A stretch of DNA of 7,956 nt from Trichoplax adhaerens (Eukaryota; Animalia; Placozoa): contig NW_002060968.1 in assembly GCF_000150275.1 (NCBI RefSeq), forward strand, positions 786,378 to 794,333. Reading direction: 5' to 3'. The first letter of the stretch is position 1. Every line of letters starts with the position of its first letter. The position numbers and the translations under genes are program-made. Shown in pieces: positions 5,250 to 7,956 of this stretch. The notes under the pieces are model-generated. The model made no database searches and was not told the DNA's origin. It saw only the letters and a list, made by a program, of their open reading frames with translations.

Positions 5250-7956
5250 GTTTATTCTTCTTTTCTTGCATTCATTTCCGTAAATTCAGTGCTTGTTATA
5301 TTTTATTACTTATTTTTAATTATATTGGAATTCTACTGATAAACAATAGCTCGTAAATTCGACTTAGCCAAATCAGAAGCAATGCTGCGAAAGGTAAATT
5401 ATTTAAATTTGTTATATAAAGTAATGACAATCAGTAGTGGCAATTTAGGTTGTCGAAATACCGGAAGTTTGAAAAATATCGAGAGTAAAAGTAAATTAAA
5501 GCTAATACATAACTGATTTTTTAACACGTATATTGTAAACATTTAGAGTATGGAATTTCGAAAGGAAATGAAACTGGATGATTTGGTGCAATCTTATAAA
5601 ATACCTCAGGTTAGTACATATACAATTCTTAACAATGGCAAATTGGAATCATTTAAGTTATATTATTACTTTAGCTATAGTTTTAGGATTTGATCTTCAA
5701 TCTATATTTGATTTACAAATTTTTGTGTCAGCAGTATTCCTAGGTTATCATTACAGGGTTTTCGTTTATCCTTAGATTTATAGTTTAGCTGTAACAAAGA
5801 AACTTGCTGGTCATGATTTTTATTTACATATGATCAAAATTTTCATTTATCGTAAATGTTAGATTAAGTTTACTGAACGACTAATTTTACAAAGTACAAA
5901 GTAGTTTGCTATAGTTGCAGCATTAAGTTGAACGAGATAGGAATATACATCATTTATATCTTGCAAAGAAAATATAGCAGTCTTGTCATATATTTCAGTA
6001 CGGTATCTAATGTCTAGAAAGTCACAGCTATTATTTATAACTCTAACTTTTGAGCGGTCATGTCTATGTCAGCAGGAAAGGAAAATGCTGTAATAAAGCG
6101 ATTTAAACCGATAATTATAACTACAATTCCTATCGTATTTCTTTACTATTGAATAAAACTAGTGCTGGATTTTCGCATTAGGGACTCATTCCATATTAGC
6201 GGTGGCAGACTTAAGTTTATAAACTATCTTAATGTAATATTTCAATACTTTAATAAAATCTATAGATCATACAAGATTACTACGCAGGCAATTATTTTGG
6301 TTACGATAAAGAAGGTTCACCGGTCTTGGTGGATCCGATTGGAAATCTGGATATCAAAGGTATAGTAATAAAAATCTATACCTTGACTTCAAAAATTATT
6401 ACTTTATTTTGCGCTTTTATTAGTTGTGCTAATATCATTTATAAATAATCATGACAAAGATACTGGCAGTCAATGTCAACACATTCTTTATTCGATAGTT
6501 ATGACAATATGATCGTTAAATTAATCTAAATTTCTCTATGTAGCTGATGATATAAGCAAATATTTTCTAGATATATGCATATATATCTAAATCACTTTTG
6601 ATCGTGTGATGACTTTAGAAAAATTTTATTATAGCAATACATAATGATAGATATGGTCTAATTAATAAAAAGATATTATACTTTTATCTCTTCAGCTCTA
6701 TAAATTTTTATACGTTGAGGTAGATTAGTTATACGCGTATAATCAATTATGCTAATAATGGTCTCATAGTTTCATTGTCGATGTTAACTTTATCATATTG
6801 AGAATATCGAATTATCAACCCTCCTTTTAGGGCTAATGCATTGCGTCAAGAAAGAAGAAATCTGGAAGTACAAATTGTACATGGCTGAGATCGCAACAGT
6901 AAAATTTAAACAACAAAGTAAAAAGGTAAAAAAGCTGGCATATATAACGAATGTGACTTACTAATCCTTCACTAGTGCACTACTTGCCATCATCTATTCA
7001 ATATTGGGTCTAGAGTAACGATAAGCTATTAGAGTCTACGTAGATCCTTTAATTATTAAAGCTTGCATGATATCGTTTTATAAATTAACGTACTCATATT
7101 TTTAATCAATTGCTCTTAGCTTGGGCGCCGTATTGAGTCCATGACGACCATTGAAGATATGTCAAATCTGGGATTAAAACACTTATGGAAGCCTGGTAAT
7201 TATCAATATTAAAATTTGGAATTCCAGAGGGAACTTAACTAATATTAGATTTTTGTTGATGCACAGGTCTAGACTGCTTTTTTAAGGTATCATAATCGCC
7301 CGTTGGTTTTACTTAAAATTCTAAAATATTGCGCCATTGTGATACATCAATGTGATATAACTACTTAACTTCGATGAAATTCATAACGGATAAGAACATT
7401 ATCATTTTTATCGTTGATAATAATATGTATTTACTAAACTGTCTAGCGACTTGAATGTGGCATTCAATATTGTCATTTTTGCTTATTAAACAGCTTGTTA
7501 AAATGTATGAAGAGAATTATCCAGAATTTTTGAAGCGAGTTTTTATAATAAATGGTTCGTCAATGATTTATTTCTAAATCCTATGCTAGACTACTAACAT
7601 CAGATTTTACTAAATGATAGCTAGATATCTAAGTTATAAAATTGATCAAGGTCATCGCGAAATTCATTTTATCATAAATTTATAACGTGTAGCTCCAGCT
7701 ATATTTCCCGTCATGTATTCACTTATGAAGCCGTTCGTTAGCGAAGAAACGAAACAAAAAATTTTCGTCCTTGGCAGTAAGTTACATTTCTGCTACATAA
7801 AAATCAAAACATTGGAATAGAATTACATGCCTATTTGTCGAAAAATAATGCTGATAGCCATAGTTATATATATATTTATGATCTGGTGTTACTTAAAGGT
7901 AACTGGAAACAAGTTTTACGACAATATATCGATGAAGATCAATTACCGAAAGCGTT
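5180..7956 (+). CDS. SEC14L2: SEC14-like protein (SEC14L2/3/4-type CRAL-TRIO lipid-binding/transfer protein), spliced gene, partial at both ends
   Basis: Manual splicing of exons 5180-5249, 5350-5393, 5547-5609, 6266-6359, 6831-6925, 7120-7195, 7267-7286, 7494-7554, 7693-7776 and 7899->7956 (all introns GT-AG, phases compatible) gives a stop-free frame: FRQNVSDIIQSHHDDYFLLRWLKARKFDLAKSEAMLRKSMEFRKEMKLDDLVQSYKIPQIIQDYYAGNYFGYDKEGSPVLVDPIGNLDIKGLMHCVKKEEIWKYKLYMAEIATVKFKQQSKKLGRRIESMTTIEDMSNLGLKHLWKPGLDCFFKLVKMYEENYPEFLKRVFIINAPAIFPVMYSLMKPFVSEETKQKIFVLGSNWKQVLRQYIDEDQLPKA. The motifs DDYFLLRWL-ARxFDLxKSEAMLRK, GLKHLWKP, EENYPE and KKI-VLG-NWK match SEC14L2-family proteins as I recall them. The symbol denotes the family; exact orthology is untested. 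Confidence 0.95.
5350..5393 (+). CDS. SEC14L2: SEC14-like exon, 44 nt
   Basis: caatag acceptor and GTAAAT donor; encodes ARKFDLAKSEAMLRK. Confidence 0.94.
5547..5609 (+). CDS. SEC14L2: SEC14-like exon, 63 nt
   Basis: catttag acceptor and GTTAGT donor; encodes SMEFRKEMKLDDLVQSYKIPQ. Confidence 0.92.
6266..6359 (+). CDS. SEC14L2: SEC14-like exon, 94 nt
   Basis: ctatag acceptor and GTATAG donor; encodes IIQDYYAGNYFGYDKEGSPVLVDPIGNLDIK (GxDxxGxPV motif). Confidence 0.93.
6831..6925 (+). CDS. SEC14L2: SEC14-like exon, 95 nt
   Basis: ctccttttag acceptor and GTAAAA donor; encodes GLMHCVKKEEIWKYKLYMAEIATVKFKQQSKK. Confidence 0.92.
7120..7195 (+). CDS. SEC14L2: SEC14-like exon, 76 nt
   Basis: ctcttag acceptor and GTAATT donor; encodes LGRRIESMTTIEDMSNLGLKHLWKP. 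Confidence 0.93.
7267..7286 (+). CDS. SEC14L2: SEC14-like microexon, 20 nt
   Basis: gcacag acceptor and GTATCA donor; encodes GLDCFFK. It is needed to join the phase-1 end of the previous exon to the phase-0 start of the next. Confidence 0.88.
7494..7554 (+). CDS. SEC14L2: SEC14-like exon, 61 nt
   Basis: aaacag acceptor and GTTCGT donor; encodes LVKMYEENYPEFLKRVFIIN. Confidence 0.94.
7693..7776 (+). CDS. SEC14L2: SEC14-like exon, 84 nt
   Basis: gtgtag acceptor and GTAAGT donor; encodes APAIFPVMYSLMKPFVSEETKQKIFVLG. Confidence 0.94.
7899..7956 (+). CDS. SEC14L2: SEC14-like exon, truncated by window end
   Basis: ttaaag acceptor; encodes SNWKQVLRQYIDEDQLPKA... Confidence 0.9.

Noticed and set aside
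5578-5775. 65-aa ORF
   Set aside because: Out-of-frame overlap with a SEC14-like exon, running into AT-rich intron.
6162-6365. 67-aa ORF
   Set aside because: Intron plus the wrong frame of the 6266-6359 exon.
5810-6670. Intronic C/D box snoRNA candidates (ATGAT...CTGA near 5812-5880; GTGATGA near 6606)
   Set aside because: The first lacks a canonical C box, and the second has no downstream CTGA D box or terminal stem.
6568-7467. Short intronic palindromes (tagatatatgcatatatatcta at about 6568-6589; ttgaatg-tgg-cattcaa at 7451-7467)
   Set aside because: Short, AT-rich and expected by chance; too short for miRNA precursors.
1-7956. Prokaryotic systems (CRISPR array, operons, IS elements), tRNA or rRNA genes
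   Set aside because: The window has a spliceosomal gene and no long ORFs; I saw no regularly spaced short repeats or tRNA/rRNA motifs.

Overview
AT-rich, intron-containing eukaryotic (animal-like) genomic DNA from a scaffolded assembly, with two 50-N gaps (4036-4085, 4964-5013). Species cannot be determined from the window, but short GT-AG introns and low GC fit a compact invertebrate genome. None of the supplied ORFs is an intact gene. The right third (5180-7956, +) holds ten exons of a SEC14L2/3/4-like CRAL-TRIO lipid-transfer gene. They splice into an uninterrupted frame of about 221 codons and include a 20-nt microexon. The first exon is not visible and the 3' end runs off the window. The left 5 kb is a decayed accessory region. 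It carries three same-orientation copies of a ~630-bp TG...CA element that looks like a solo LTR: one has a perfect 5-bp TSD (AGTCC), one a 4/5 TSD, and one is 5'-truncated against a second LTR-like end. These elements sit in two paralogous, degraded membrane-protein reading frames that tentatively resemble class A (LGR/RXFP-like) GPCRs. One LTR copy has a 38-bp duplication enclosing a 55-bp inverted copy of a hairpin-forming sequence 1.7 kb upstream, which suggests a templated insertion or a tiny mobile element. I see no convincing wholly new biological system. The LTR family, the templated insertion and the GPCR-like relics with extra conserved hydrophobic sequence are the best leads.
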